A stretch of DNA of 33,318 nt, taken from Salisapilia sapeloensis CBS 127946. Its lineage: Eukaryota > Protista > Oomycota. Position numbers and translations under genes: made by a program. How positions within the stretch are numbered: the first letter of the stretch is position 1; the number at the start of each line of letters is the position of its first letter. The notes under the pieces are model-generated. The model was not told the origin of the DNA. It was given only the letters and a program-made list of their open reading frames with translations, and made no database searches. The stretch spans positions 1-33,318 of the forward strand of contig JAADVB010000210.1 of the NCBI GenBank assembly GCA_023334545.1, given 5' to 3'. Below are positions 1-11,238 of this stretch, in pieces.

Positions 1-1334
1 GTAGAATCGTTCTACGAGCGACACCACCGTACTCTTACCACTTCCACTTGGTCCGACAAGTGCCACGGTTTCACCGGCCTTGATTGAGAGCGAGTAGTTC
101 TCGCATACTTTGACGTCCGGTCGAGAAGGGTAAGCAAATGTAACGTTCTCAATCACAACGCTCCCATCTACTTTGTTTAAAGTTGTTCCAGCATCTGACG
201 ATGGATCAATTTCAGACGGTAGCTCAATGACTTTGAAGACATCGTAGGCAGCAGCTCGCGCAGAGGATATGGCCTGTGCACTAGGACCCGATTGACCCAG
301 CGCCATGGCTGCGATTATGAAAGAGAAGAATACGGTAATCACTTTTCCTCCATTGTAGCATGCACTGCCCTCGCACATGGTGTCACCGAGGTTATCATCG
401 GCCACTTTAACCGCATCGTAGTACAGTCCTCCACTGTAAGCGCAATAGATGAAAAAAACATTAGCCCAGTACCCCATCCAATAGCCAGTGCCTTCTGAAT
501 GCCAGCTTTCTCTGACATTTCCAGCGCTTCGTTGTACTTGTTGATGAAGTAGTCGATCGAATTGAACATGTGGACGGTTCGGACATTGCTCAAAGACTCT
601 TGAGCTACAGCACCAGCTCGTCCATATGCGTCAATGCTGCGCTGCGTGGTTTGAGTCATTCCTCTCATGCCCAAGTAGGCCGCTGCTGTAATGAAAGGGA
701 TAAAAGCAAGCAGAAGGAGAGATAGTTCCCATCCTTTCACAAAGCCGATCACGATACCAGAGACAGCCATAGAAAAGAAGTTGAGTGCATCTCCAACTTT
801 CCGACCTAAGCCCTCTTGAATCGTGAAGCTGGATTCAGACACGCGTGTGGTGAGCTGCATTGGATCGTTCATATCGAACCATCCAATGTCTTTCGTCAAG
901 ATGGCGTTGACGTAGGCACTACGAATGCGTTTCGTCTGTCGTGAAGCGGTGATCGACCAGCAAACAACTTGTAGCATGCCACTGATCATGACAGCGACAC
1001 CGACGTAGACGAAGTTTAGCGCTACGGTGTTGACCGGATCGGTAATATCCGCACCTTCAGCATTTGAAGTCGGGTTGAAGGCATTTAAAATATCTCCGAA
1101 GAGCACCATTTGCAAGGGTTGGGAAACACCAGTGGCGCACGCACCGACAGCACCAATAACCATGAGTAATTTGTCAAGTCCATCCGCGTAGGAAAAGAGT
1201 TTTGTAAAAGGCACGACATTTGACGCTTTCTTTTTAGCAACTAAGTTCCCATCGTGTTGAAGTGAGAGGTTTTTCCCACCAGGACTTTCAACTATGTGGT
1301 AGTCATGCTGAGTGACTACAGATGAGCTTACCAT
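1..1334 (-). CDS. ABCB (MDR/P-glycoprotein-type) ABC transporter, 5' part (TMD1 and start of NBD1); 1-nt frameshift at A7 run 452..458; continues off the window
   Basis: ORF 339..1334 encodes an ABCB TMD1 (PFTKLFSYADGLDKLLMVIG; RQTKRIRSAYVNAILTKDIGWFD; NVRTVHMFN). After ...GTGLMFF, homology continues in a second frame (450 to 1): IYCAYSGGLYYDAVKV...MALGQSGPS...FAYPSRPDVKVC...VALVGPSGSGKSTVVSLVERFY. Walker A GPSGSGKS lies at 31..54. Confidence 0.92.
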
Positions 1335-1390
1335 TGCTTTTGGCTGTGCTCAAGTCAAGGTGGAAGCGGAGGTGCTGGTAGTTGGAGGTG

Positions 1391-1404
1391 AAAGTCCGAA
1401 TGAA
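1391..1404 (-). promoter_or_regulatory. Candidate oomycete Inr/FPR-like core promoter of the ABCB gene
   Basis: The minus strand reads TTCATTCGGACTTT about 60-70 nt upstream of the ATG at 1334. This is an imperfect match to the oomycete TCATTYYNCAWTTT-type element. Confidence 0.4.
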
Positions 1405-2255
1405 AGGAAAAACTCTGCGCGCGAATAGAGCAGCAATAAAAGTAGAACTTTATTCGCGGTGAAGCTTGCTACCGCAGTGGCTTTGGCGAATCTTACAACT
1501 GGGCATAAAACGAAGTGGTAATAGTGATGGTGATTAGATGCCTGGTCTGTCCTTGCGTACAGAAGGCAAAGTTTCCAGCATGAATATGTTGTTTAAATGG
1601 TATAAGATACCATAGGTGAGGAGCTGGAGCAAATGTACCCAAGCATGCATTCAGAAGGAATTTAGAAGCATTCCTATAAACTTTGGTATCTGAAAGTGTC
1701 AGCTACAAAGGCCAACTACTGCCTGGATAACTTGGGCTGAGAGTGGAAGAAAACCATTTAGTAATTGAAAATGATAGTACAGGCTTCATACTGGCTCGCA
1801 AGGAAAGATACAGCTTTATACGATAGACGATTATCACACATTATATTTAATATACGTGCTCCTTGTTGCAATGACACGAGAAGCTGTAGTGCGATGTCTT
1901 CCTGTCGAGCAGCAATACTGCTAGGATTATATTATGCTCTGTCGTCTTTAAGTGAGGCATTTAGCGCTGAGTATCTCCGACAAATACGAAACCCAGCCAT
2001 GCATTAACTGAAATACGATGTCAATGGTGAAAGTGCCACCGCTAACGTCACACTAGTGAGTTCAACATTTTTGTACAGATCCGAGATCTTGGAGTTGCAC
2101 CTGCAGTCCGTGCATTCATTCCCTGATCAGTCAGTCAGTCAGCCAGCAACTTTCGAGATCGTAGCATGCTGGGGTTTTTTTATCTCCGAGCGACCTCACG
2201 ATAGACTTTTCTCTGTGACTGCATGCAACTTCGACATTGTCATTTCCGTTCAAAC

Positions 2256-2925
2256 CTATGGACTATCGGTTAGAATAACGAAACGAAAGAACAGTGGTGT
2301 CCTATTGGTCTTCTTATGCTCATTATTATATAGATCTATGAACCGCGTAAGCGGGCGGGTCCACTTCCGGACTCTAAAGAGCTCAATATAAGTACTCTTT
2401 GTCACAAAATACGGATCTATGTGAACGCGGTATGAGCAGCGCATGCGCTGCAAAGTTTTTCACCCATGTTGTTCCCTCAAAATACCCAGGACATCCACTC
2501 TTTAGACCTCGAACAACCTCGGTGTCACGCTCGCCTCTATTGCTCTGCGCTTCTTCTTCGTAGAAATCCACTCATGGTAACCTTCGCGTTTCGGCTCCGT
2601 CGTGTAGTCTTGCATCAACTGGCTTTACAGGGCAAGATAATAATGTTGACCTTCCTTTCACCCTCTCGTTGACCGGCACACGTTGGCGAAGAAGCTACCT
2701 ACAGGAAGACCCAGACTCCTCAAGTGTCTTGCACAATGAGCACACATAAGACTAATTTATGTGTTCTGACATCAGTTCCTGTGAAGCTGTCCGTAGAAAT
2801 ACCACTCTCTAGTGTTCATGCAACTTTCCAACTCCATCGAGCGGGAGCTCAGGAGCATTAACGAATGCGTAGTTCGAACGGCGTTTAGGATGGGATCATC
2901 GAAATCTTTACACTAGATTGTCCAT
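2256..2925 (-). pseudogene. Possible decayed gene of unknown family
   Basis: One minus frame reads as protein-like throughout (CKDFDDPILNAVRTTHSLMLLSSRSMELESCMNTREWYFYGQL...GLPVGSFFANVCRSTRG...RCSYRVHIDPYFV...LFRVRKWTRPLTRFIDLYN). It has 7 stops in about 220 codons, so the statistical support is weak. Confidence 0.3.
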
Positions 2926-3681
2926 GGCAGCAACTTGGACTGTTTAGTGCTGTAGAGCACAAACAAATTTAGAATTACATTATACAGCATATAGTCTGGA
3001 TGAGAACCAGTAAGGTTTACTTGCTCAAGCGAGGTACGGCTGTAGTCTAGGATCAAAATTAGTGATTGATGTACTTGCTTTCCCGTCTACCATTTACGCT
3101 ATCCATTTATAGTTGATTTGGCAACATACTTCGTCGAGGGCAAATAAGAATTCAGCATGTGCCTGACGTCGAGATCATATCTTGTCGGAAGAGCATGTGA
3201 TCATTATGTTCATCAGCAGCCTCCAGCAATAGCCGTAATCATAGATCTGCAACATCTCTGTACCAAGGACAGACGATCTGTTTGGTCAGTCATACATGAA
3301 ATTGACTAGGCATTAAATTGGCGACCAATCCTTGAGAGTAAATCAATAGGCCTTCGCTTTTATCTCATTTTGAGCTAATGCAGAAACGCAGTGCACTATT
3401 TCGTTTTTACTAGTACTAAAGCTTTAAAACGACATCATTCGCATTCACGTACATGCACTGGAATCAAACTTATCAAGCACAAAGCTAGAGACGATTAGAC
3501 GTTCTGCTTATTTGGTCAGTAAGCTGCGGTCACTTACGGCAAAGGGCCGCTGTGAAACAGTCCGAGGATGTCTGACCTTTTGTACAGTCCGTCGCAAGCA
3601 TCATCCCAAATTGCCACTGCCAAAGCATTCATCATTTCCTCTTTCTTCTAAGACCGAACCGACCACTTCACGTACATAACA

Positions 3682-4146
3682 ATGAGCGAAACTCTCGTTT
3701 ACTCGATATGCGTTGCTGCACTCTACGTCAAGTTTCTTGCAACAACAATGATCCAGGGCAAGAAAGCATTTAATGCAGGCACGCGTTCCGCCGAAGACAA
3801 CAACCTACCGATGGCAAAGGGAATGCCTACACAAAATGCTGGACAACAAGCAGCCAAAATGGAAAAGGAGCAAAAGCTCGCCATTGAAGACGAAGCGCGA
3901 TGGAAGCGTATCATCCAGAATGACATTGAGTCCATTCCATTCGCTCTCGTCATCTTCCTCGGATCGATCGCAGTCGGAGCCAATGCATCCATGAACTCAT
4001 GCCTCCTCATTGTCTACACCTCGGCGCGAATTGCCCATACGGCGACATATGCACTCCAGCTACCAAAGCTCCGCATGCTTTCCTGGTTTACAGGCATTTT
4101 CTGCATACTCGCAGCCATTGGAAACATGGTTTACTCGAATCTGTAG
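3682..4146 (+). CDS. MAPEG family membrane protein (microsomal glutathione S-transferase-like), 154 aa
   Basis: Single-exon ATG..TAG ORF with four hydrophobic segments. It has RWKRIIQNDIESIP (MAPEG R..N..E motif) and YTSARIAHTATY (R..H). Confidence 0.88.
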   Translation: MSETLVYSICVAALYVKFLATTMIQGKKAFNAGTRSAEDNNLPMAKGMPTQNAGQQAAKMEKEQKLAIEDEARWKRIIQNDIESIPFALVIFLGSIAVGANASMNSCLLIVYTSARIAHTATYALQLPKLRMLSWFTGIFCILAAIGNMVYSNL

Positions 4147-4721
4147 AGGTTTAGTACACCTTTGGTAAGACTGTTCGTTTCGAGCCTGGTGGCTAGTCCA
4201 GCGTACTGTCCCTTTCGGCATTCAATACACTATGCTTTAAATTTCTCGTAATTATGGCGTTGTTATTGCTAATAGTACGATCAATGACTGGACAGTCACT
4301 TGTATGCAACCCTCATTTTACCTTTAAAGCTCTACCTCTTCCTTGGTGTCTCGACTTCCGTTTCTATATTTCCATGTTTGATATCTTCACCATGAAAGCT
4401 TAACAATCCTTCAATTCTTTGCAACAATAGGTTTTCACCATGAGATTTATATTTTGCAGCTATGTCTGCGCTCTAACATGCTACGAGAGGGTGTATCATT
4501 GAGCTCTTACTAGCTCTAAAGCGCAAACTGCGGCGCGTCGAAAACTGACACGCAACCCTGGCTTCAACTTGGTCAGTATTTATATCTTTATATCGTGTCT
4601 CATCCGCAACAATGCGACCGGTCAATGCCTGACCCTCGAAACGATCGTTTTTGCATCTCACGCTTTCTGTAGGCTTGGATGAGTATAAGGAAATATCTCA
4701 ATATCAAAATTGCCTGGTGGG

Positions 4722-6700
4722 ATGCGTTACATTACTCTCTTCGCACTACTGACATGGTATCATGCTGGAATCGCTCTTGGCGGCTCCACAACGACAGCAA
4801 CACTGAGCGGTGCGGTCGGTGTTCAATGCTCGTATATGGCAGACTGTGGCTCCTTGCCTTCATTAGCATGTATCGCAGGGTCCGTTTGACGCGCATATGG
4901 TATCGTATACTTTAGCTTCTAACCCTATGCTTTAGGACTTGTAACTACTGTGCTGTCGACGATGACTGTAGCAGCAGCAATGTCTGTCAGGTCGAAGTTG
5001 AAAACTACGGCTACTGTACAGAAAAAGATTACTTCTCTCCATTCACTGGAAGAGACTTTGCTGGAATCATGGTAGCATTCCTAAGCACAGCTCTCGGATC
5101 TGGTTGTGGTGTCGGTGGTGGTGGACTTCTCGTTCCTTTTTTTATCCTCGCCATGAATCTTAGTGCCAAACATGCAATCCCGCTTTCAAAGGCTTCCATC
5201 TTTGGAAACGCTGTTGCTATCTTCCTCTTCAACGTTAAACGGAAAAATCCAGGTAGCGTTTAGCATGAGGCAATGCCGAGCATATCGATGTCACTCTTTA
5301 TCCTTTACTATAGAGAAACCGCATGCGCCGATTATCCGGTATTCCGTCTCTGCGCTGATGGAGCCAACTACACTCATAGGATCTGTCTTTGGTGTCTTGA
5401 TGAACCAGATATTTCCAAATTGGCTTGTGCTTTTGCTCTTACTCGTCCTCCTTGCTTTCATCACGTACAAAACTACCCTGAAAGGCGTCAAGGTTGATAC
5501 AATTTTCTTTTTGTATTTAAAAGTACATTTATATTCACTCTACTTGCTCGTTTGCAGATTCGTGCAAGAGAAACTGCTCGACGGGATTACCTGATGAAGT
5601 TACCATTTAAAGGAGCACCTAGAGGCGGTCGAGAAGGTCGCTGCTGGTCGATCTATCGAGTATGCAATTTCAATTATTTGGTAATTGAACAAATTCGTGA
5701 TGTGTAAGCGCGATAGCACTTTGACGTAGAGACTGCTGCCAAGAGATGGCTGGACATCACTAGGCGCAACAAGGAAGCGCGTCGTGTGCGCGCTGAGGAT
5801 GAAGAAGACTTCAAACACCTACCGCCTTTGACGTTGAAGGGCTTTCAAAAGGCCGATGAATCCAAATTACTAGAGGAGCAGTGGAACTCTGACTTTCCCT
5901 ACGTTTCAGCTCTACCTAGTAGCGACACATGCTCTGCCAAAGATAATGATGCGGTGACGTCCATTCGTGAACATCTTGTGCAGGAAGAGAGTAAAATGCT
6001 GCCATGGAAGTTGATCGCGCCGCTTGTGATCTGCTGGGTTATCATTTTTATCCAAGCATTGATGCGAGGTGGACATGGAGCTGAGTCTATCGTCGGTATT
6101 GAATGCAATGGCGTTGGCTACTGGCTCGTAACCATACTCCCATTCTTTGTCATCATCGCGATTGCTTTAGTACTAGGTTACCACCTTCGTCTTCGCAATC
6201 GTCTACGTGTAATTAGTGGACATTCTTTTGCGAACGGTGATATCCATTGGATACGACGTCGAGTATATCTGTTTCCAAGCATGTGCACTATCGCCGGGGT
6301 AGCTGCCGGATTGCTCGGTGTTGGTGGTGGTATGGTGCAAGGTCCGATCATGCTGGAGATGGGGATTACACCTGCCGTTCAATCGGCGAGCGCTAGCTAC
6401 ATGATCCTGTTCACTGCTTCGTCGACAGTCCTTCAGTTCCTTATTTCTGGGCAGTTTCCAGGAGCGAAGCAATACGACTACGTCTTATGGTTCATCTTCA
6501 TCGGATTCCTTGGAGGGTGTGCAGGACAGAAAATCGTTGGGTACTTGGTGAAAAAGTATAAGCGGGAATCTATCATGGTGTTCATACTTGCTGGAGTCAT
6601 CGGTGCTTCCGGGCTGGTGATGGGCATTACTAGCATCATTTCGACTGTGCATGACATCAAGAACGGCATCAATCTCGGTTTCAATAGTCTCTGTGATTAG
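4722..6700 (+). CDS. Sulfite exporter TauE/SafE family membrane protein with signal peptide and Cys-rich N-terminal ectodomain, 5 exons, 579 aa
   Basis: Exons 4722..4879, 4936..5252, 5314..5492, 5558..5659 and 5717..6700 sum to 1740 nt with no internal stop. Introns are GT..AG, 56-65 nt. TauE motifs: GCGVGGGGLLVP, AIPLSKASIFG, LMEPTTLIG, AGLLGVGGGMVQGP and SASASYMILFT. Confidence 0.88.
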
Positions 6701-6920
6701 ATCCAGATCCATGAAGGGAGTATCTTTTCCGGAAGTACATCCACAACAAAAGCTTTTTCTTTTAACAAATGCGCTTGCTTACTCATGCAAAAGGATGTAT
6801 GATTCTTCACTCCGAAACTAATTGTACAGAAGAAGCAACGGTACTAAACTATCTCCACGTGCTCTTCTCTCGACTTGTCCTACCATAATGTATCAACTCC
6901 ACGATCGTCGACAAATGGTG

Positions 6921-8831
6921 CTAAGCTTCTGCTTCGCCAAGTGGGTTCTCTTGGATTGATGGTAAGAAGCGGAATCCGGAAGATGGTGGCTGGCGCTGGC
7001 TACTCCGAATGTTGATCATTTTCGGAGCTGCCAATGGAGGCGTGTTGTACATGCGTGTGGGCATGGATGCTGGCGGCTGTGGCGGTGGTACGTACAGCTT
7101 TACACGTTCTTTCGAGCGAGGTCGCTGGTTTTCCTTTCCACTCCGGTGCGATCTGTCGCTCGAAGGAGATCGGGCAAACAAGTTTTCGTCTTTTGGAGGC
7201 GTCTTTATCGGACTAAGCGGCTGCTGCAATTGTTTCCCAGACTTCTTCCCACTACTGTTCGTCTGTCGATGTTTCTTTCGCTCATTTCCATCATCGTCGA
7301 GGAAAAAGTTGTAGTTATTCGTCTTGGAACGCCCATTGTAACTTTTCGCCTTTGTACGTCCTTTGCTCGATGCCCTTGATGGTTTCTCTGGCTTGTCATC
7401 AAAAGCAGTATCTGAGTCCTCACCTTCTGAGATCGAAGAGTACCACGGATCATCCCACCCTTTTTCTTCACTTGACTGGCCGGAGGAAGAGGAGGAAGAG
7501 GATCCGATGGACATGATGTGCGCCGTGAAACTGACCGTTTTCTTCTTCTCACTCTTGCTCTTCTTTCGAATCTTCTTGTCTTCATGCTTCTCCTCCCCAT
7601 GCGTCTGCTTGCGCTTTCCACCTTTTGAGCGCAAAGCTTCCTTCTCTTGTCTTGCCGACTGCAAGATCGCGATACCGTCCAGCGTTCCTCGCAACGGGTT
7701 ATCTCGCCTTTGACCAGATTGCAACGTACAGCTTTCACTGCTGCTCGTGCTCTGGTTGGACTCGTTCGACGACGGTCCGAACAGCTCTTCCTTTGACGCT
7801 ATGATCCAAGGATCGGCAAGTGCTCTCGCAGCGAGGTAATCTTCTTCATCTGAGAACAAAGCATCGTCGCTCGTTTGCTTCTCTCCTGCCGCTTGAGAGT
7901 AGACTTGTGGACGGACATGACTTCGGATGGTAGGTAGCGATCGGGGATTTTGAGCGAGACTAGCAGATGTGGGTGGACGAGGTAGCAAGGAGCCCCATTC
8001 TTGCACATCTTCATCCGAGTCTGTACCGAACGTCTGGGAGATGGGTTCCATGTCGGAGTTAAACTCTGGTAGACAGCTCGTTAGCAGCACGAGAACGTGC
8101 GCTTGACGATATGCCTTGGCACAGTCAATAGCAAACTCGACCATCTCCCGACTCATCGCCAACGTGGACAAGAGAATGTCTACGCACGCATAGTGGCCGT
8201 GTCGACTAGCTATTGATAGCAACGTATGTCCGTTGAATTCATAATGTGGCCAGTTGGTTGGATACGTGTCTAGTAGAAACTGAAGCATATCTGGTCGGCC
8301 ACTTTCAGCAGCCACAAAGATAGGCAGAGGTAAGTCGGTAGACGTGTGGTCTTCGCCCATGGGCACTAGACGCTCATGCAGTCGTTTGAACGTCGCGTAG
8401 TGACCATTTCGAATGGTAACAATATAAAGCAGTCGACCGTACTCGTATAACACCGGCCTTCTTTCGTAGTAGAGTGAATCAAGGAGCAAGTCTAGGATGG
8501 CTGTGTTGCCTAGCTCACACGCTAGGACGAGGACATTGGACTCGTTGTACGCTTGGTTCCTAGAGAGTGATAATCGGAAGGTACTCGGAGGTGCTTGGTT
8601 ACTGCTCCTTCGAGAACCTTGTCGAGAGATACTGCCACTAGTGCTCTCGGGGAGTGCATGGACCCACGTGGATGAACTCGGTGCTTTGTCCATGAGGTGG
8701 GCGACTTGCTTGGTCTTGTCTTTTAAAACAGCTTTGCAGAGTTTCTTGTGCATATCGCGAGCGTCATCCAGTTGCTCGGCGACGGACGTGCTCTGGCTAT
8801 GTGGCCGAAATAAGCGCTTGATCCAACCCAT
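6921..8831 (-). CDS. Ankyrin-repeat protein with long low-complexity/basic C-terminal region, 636 aa
   Basis: The first ATG is at 8831, with an in-frame TGA upstream. Ankyrin-like units: LVLACELGNTAILDLLL, PIFVAAESGRPDMLQFLL, TLLSIASRHGHYACVDILL and AKAYRQAHVLVLL. The tail is Ser/Glu/Lys-rich. Confidence 0.8.
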   Translation of the reverse strand: MGWIKRLFRPHSQSTSVAEQLDDARDMHKKLCKAVLKDKTKQVAHLMDKAPSSSTWVHALPESTSGSISRQGSRRSSNQAPPSTFRLSLSRNQAYNESNVLVLACELGNTAILDLLLDSLYYERRPVLYEYGRLLYIVTIRNGHYATFKRLHERLVPMGEDHTSTDLPLPIFVAAESGRPDMLQFLLDTYPTNWPHYEFNGHTLLSIASRHGHYACVDILLSTLAMSREMVEFAIDCAKAYRQAHVLVLLTSCLPEFNSDMEPISQTFGTDSDEDVQEWGSLLPRPPTSASLAQNPRSLPTIRSHVRPQVYSQAAGEKQTSDDALFSDEEDYLAARALADPWIIASKEELFGPSSNESNQSTSSSESCTLQSGQRRDNPLRGTLDGIAILQSARQEKEALRSKGGKRKQTHGEEKHEDKKIRKKSKSEKKKTVSFTAHIMSIGSSSSSSSGQSSEEKGWDDPWYSSISEGEDSDTAFDDKPEKPSRASSKGRTKAKSYNGRSKTNNYNFFLDDDGNERKKHRQTNSSGKKSGKQLQQPLSPIKTPPKDENLFARSPSSDRSHRSGKENQRPRSKERVKLYVPPPQPPASMPTRMYNTPPLAAPKMINIRSSQRQPPSSGFRFLPSIQENPLGEAEA

Positions 8832-9449
8832 CAGGTCGGACACGAACGATATGAAGTGGCAATCGGTCCTGGGCTGTCAGGAAGTGGACGAAAAAACGCG
8901 ACTGTGCGGCTATTTCAATGAAAGACTGGAAGGCGGTAGAGAGCGGAGGGCTTGCTAAAGTTCTTCCTAGCTCGATCTATCACCAGGTACACCCACAGCA
9001 GGAGAAAAGAAGTTCTATACCGCCATGATGCGCCGTCTATTGGTGCATTCAGCGACTTGCTAGAATTTCGATTGGACACAACGAGACGATTGTTAATTGA
9101 AGTGCCCGCAAGTGGCTACGAAACAGTGCCGTGAAAAGGCGTACACTGTTGGAAGATCGATGGACGCGAGGTAGTAGCAATATTTAGCCATAAGACGCTG
9201 TCTACCTCGTTATTTATGCGAGATTGAAATGTAATGAGATACAGGACGTAGCTGGTTATAGCCTCGGTCTTTAAATCATGTCAGGGCATAATCAGATGCG
9301 TCCAAGAGACCTATAGGTAAAGCTCTGCTTGTCAAGAATCATTGGTATCATCTGCCAAAATGGCACTGATTTTTTAGAAACCTCTGTGAGTGGAGCCTGG
9401 CTTGCATCATATTTTCATTTAACCTATTGCTGCGCAGGGCATTGTCTGT

Positions 9450-10500
9450 AGATGCGTGAAGATCACCTTTAAACTCACAAAGTGAAGGGTGTAAGAGAGA
9501 CTTGTAGCCAATCCCTTGTCGAAAAATGTAAACTGATCAGGTCCTTTTCCATTGCGCTTCGTCATGATGTGTAGATGAGACCGACAATAGCGCACATCTT
9601 GTCTTCAAGCTTCTACGATGTGATAGTGGAAGCAATTTATCAAAAGTCTCATCATCAAGAGTCCACTCCGACGGTTAACGTGATAACGATACGTTTTGTT
9701 TACATCGGTATCCTCTAGTATGTCAGCGATGAACTCAAGAGGTATTCTGCATGCTCCTAGTGTGCACAAAAACACTGCTTCATAGTCTGAAGCAACGATT
9801 CGGACACCCTCTGTCAGATCTTCTACCACCTACCTGCCATGCTAACTGATCAACAGACTCTATGGCGTTGCAATTTTTCACTTCTCTCTCTGCATTAGTT
9901 TCTTATAAACTCGCAATTCGTTGAGCTTTCTGATCGCATACTACTTCCAGCCAAACGTTACTTTCGTCTTCTGCACGCATAATACGCTACAATAGCTCTT
10001 TCACGTGGGATGAGTTTGTGTCGATCATGCACCATGTACAACTTTCCTGAAAGGTGTTGGATGCCCTCTGTAGACGATTTCAGGTTTGAAACGAGGATGC
10101 TTTCGTATATCTTTTTCTTTCTTCCAGGTTCATTTATAAAGCGAAACTGATAACACGGACCCTATGAAGCAACTGTCATGGACCTGCGTAAACGGAAGAT
10201 CCATTCAGGGATATGGTCTAACGAATTTGATAGTTTTGCAAAAATATCTTGTAGCACTTCAGTCGTCAAGTCCGGTATTGCGATATAGGAAGTCAAATAG
10301 TTTTGATGAAGCAAACGCTAGCTTTCATTCACTATAAGCCTATAAACGACGAAAAGGTGTCACTTGCCCTGCCTCTCGGCAGGATATGATTCGCAATTTC
10401 TGTAGGGATAGTGGAATTCGATCATGAAGAAGCTAACGTGGTCTACGTTCAAGTGCGGACATGACCTCTGTCGACAGACCAGTAATCACATGCGGATGCA
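9450..10500 (-). pseudogene. Possible frameshifted gene relic, family unknown
   Basis: Protein-like fragments occur in successive minus frames: PDLTTEVLQDIFAKLSNSLDHIPEWIFRL, VEDLTEGVRIVASDYEAVFLCTLGACRIPLEFIADIL, LDDETFDKLLPL and KMCAIVGLIY. They are broken by stops and frame changes. Boundaries are approximate. Confidence 0.25.
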
Positions 10501-11238
10501 TTACCACATGCGTTATAGAACTGAAGATCTACAACTGGATGTAGTAAGGCATTGTTGAAGCTCGACTTCTCGATGAATGAAAAGCTAAGCAAGCTGCACG
10601 GAAATAGGCCCAAGGTACGCCGCGCCAAGAGCCTGGTAAAAGAAGTAGAACATTTAAAATGAACACTAATCTCCCATATAAATGACATTCAAAGCTCACA
10701 ACTATTTCGTCTAGCTACCTGTATACGGATCTATTACACAGTATCAAAAGAGTCAGATTGGTATTATGCATGTGGAAAGCTGTCGAGGAAGGGTAGCAGC
10801 AATACAATGGCAGTTACAAGTCTTCCAGCCTGCTTATCTAAACTTATTGCGAAAGTAAAGCCTTGTGAGGTAGGAGTCGGTGCGTATACTATAGGTATAT
10901 ATTATCAGTTTAAGCACAAAAGTAGCATAGCCTCGTTTACTTGATGTTATACGCATAAAGTAAAGATGCCTTGAGCCAGCGCGCTCGGCCGATAAGGTGA
11001 ACGTAATGCTTCCAAATGCACTATTCGTATCCAAGCCCAAGTTACCAGATCAGATGAATGCATGGAACAGCTCGAACACAGCCAAAAGCAAGTTGCATGG
11101 CACTAATAAGTGCACTTCTTCGTTACGTTTACATCCACCCTGCGTAGATACAAAATTTGCCTCGTACTGGGCACAATCTAGACAGAAAAGCAAACGTGCG
11201 TACTATAGCTACGCTACGAGGCAAGTGATCTAGATTGT

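Noticed and set aside
445-465. Programmed -1 ribosomal frameshift in ABCB
   Set aside because: The zero-frame context G TTT TTT TCA does not form a canonical X XXY YYZ slippery heptamer, and I could not identify a downstream stimulatory structure.
2436-2451. 16-bp perfect palindrome GCAGCGCATGCGCTGC
   Set aside because: About 0.5 are expected by chance in a window this size.
4330-4661. Minus frame containing FHGEDIKHGNI, reminiscent of a kinase catalytic loop
   Set aside because: The spacing is wrong for HxDxKxxN, no other kinase motif is present, and the frame contains stops.
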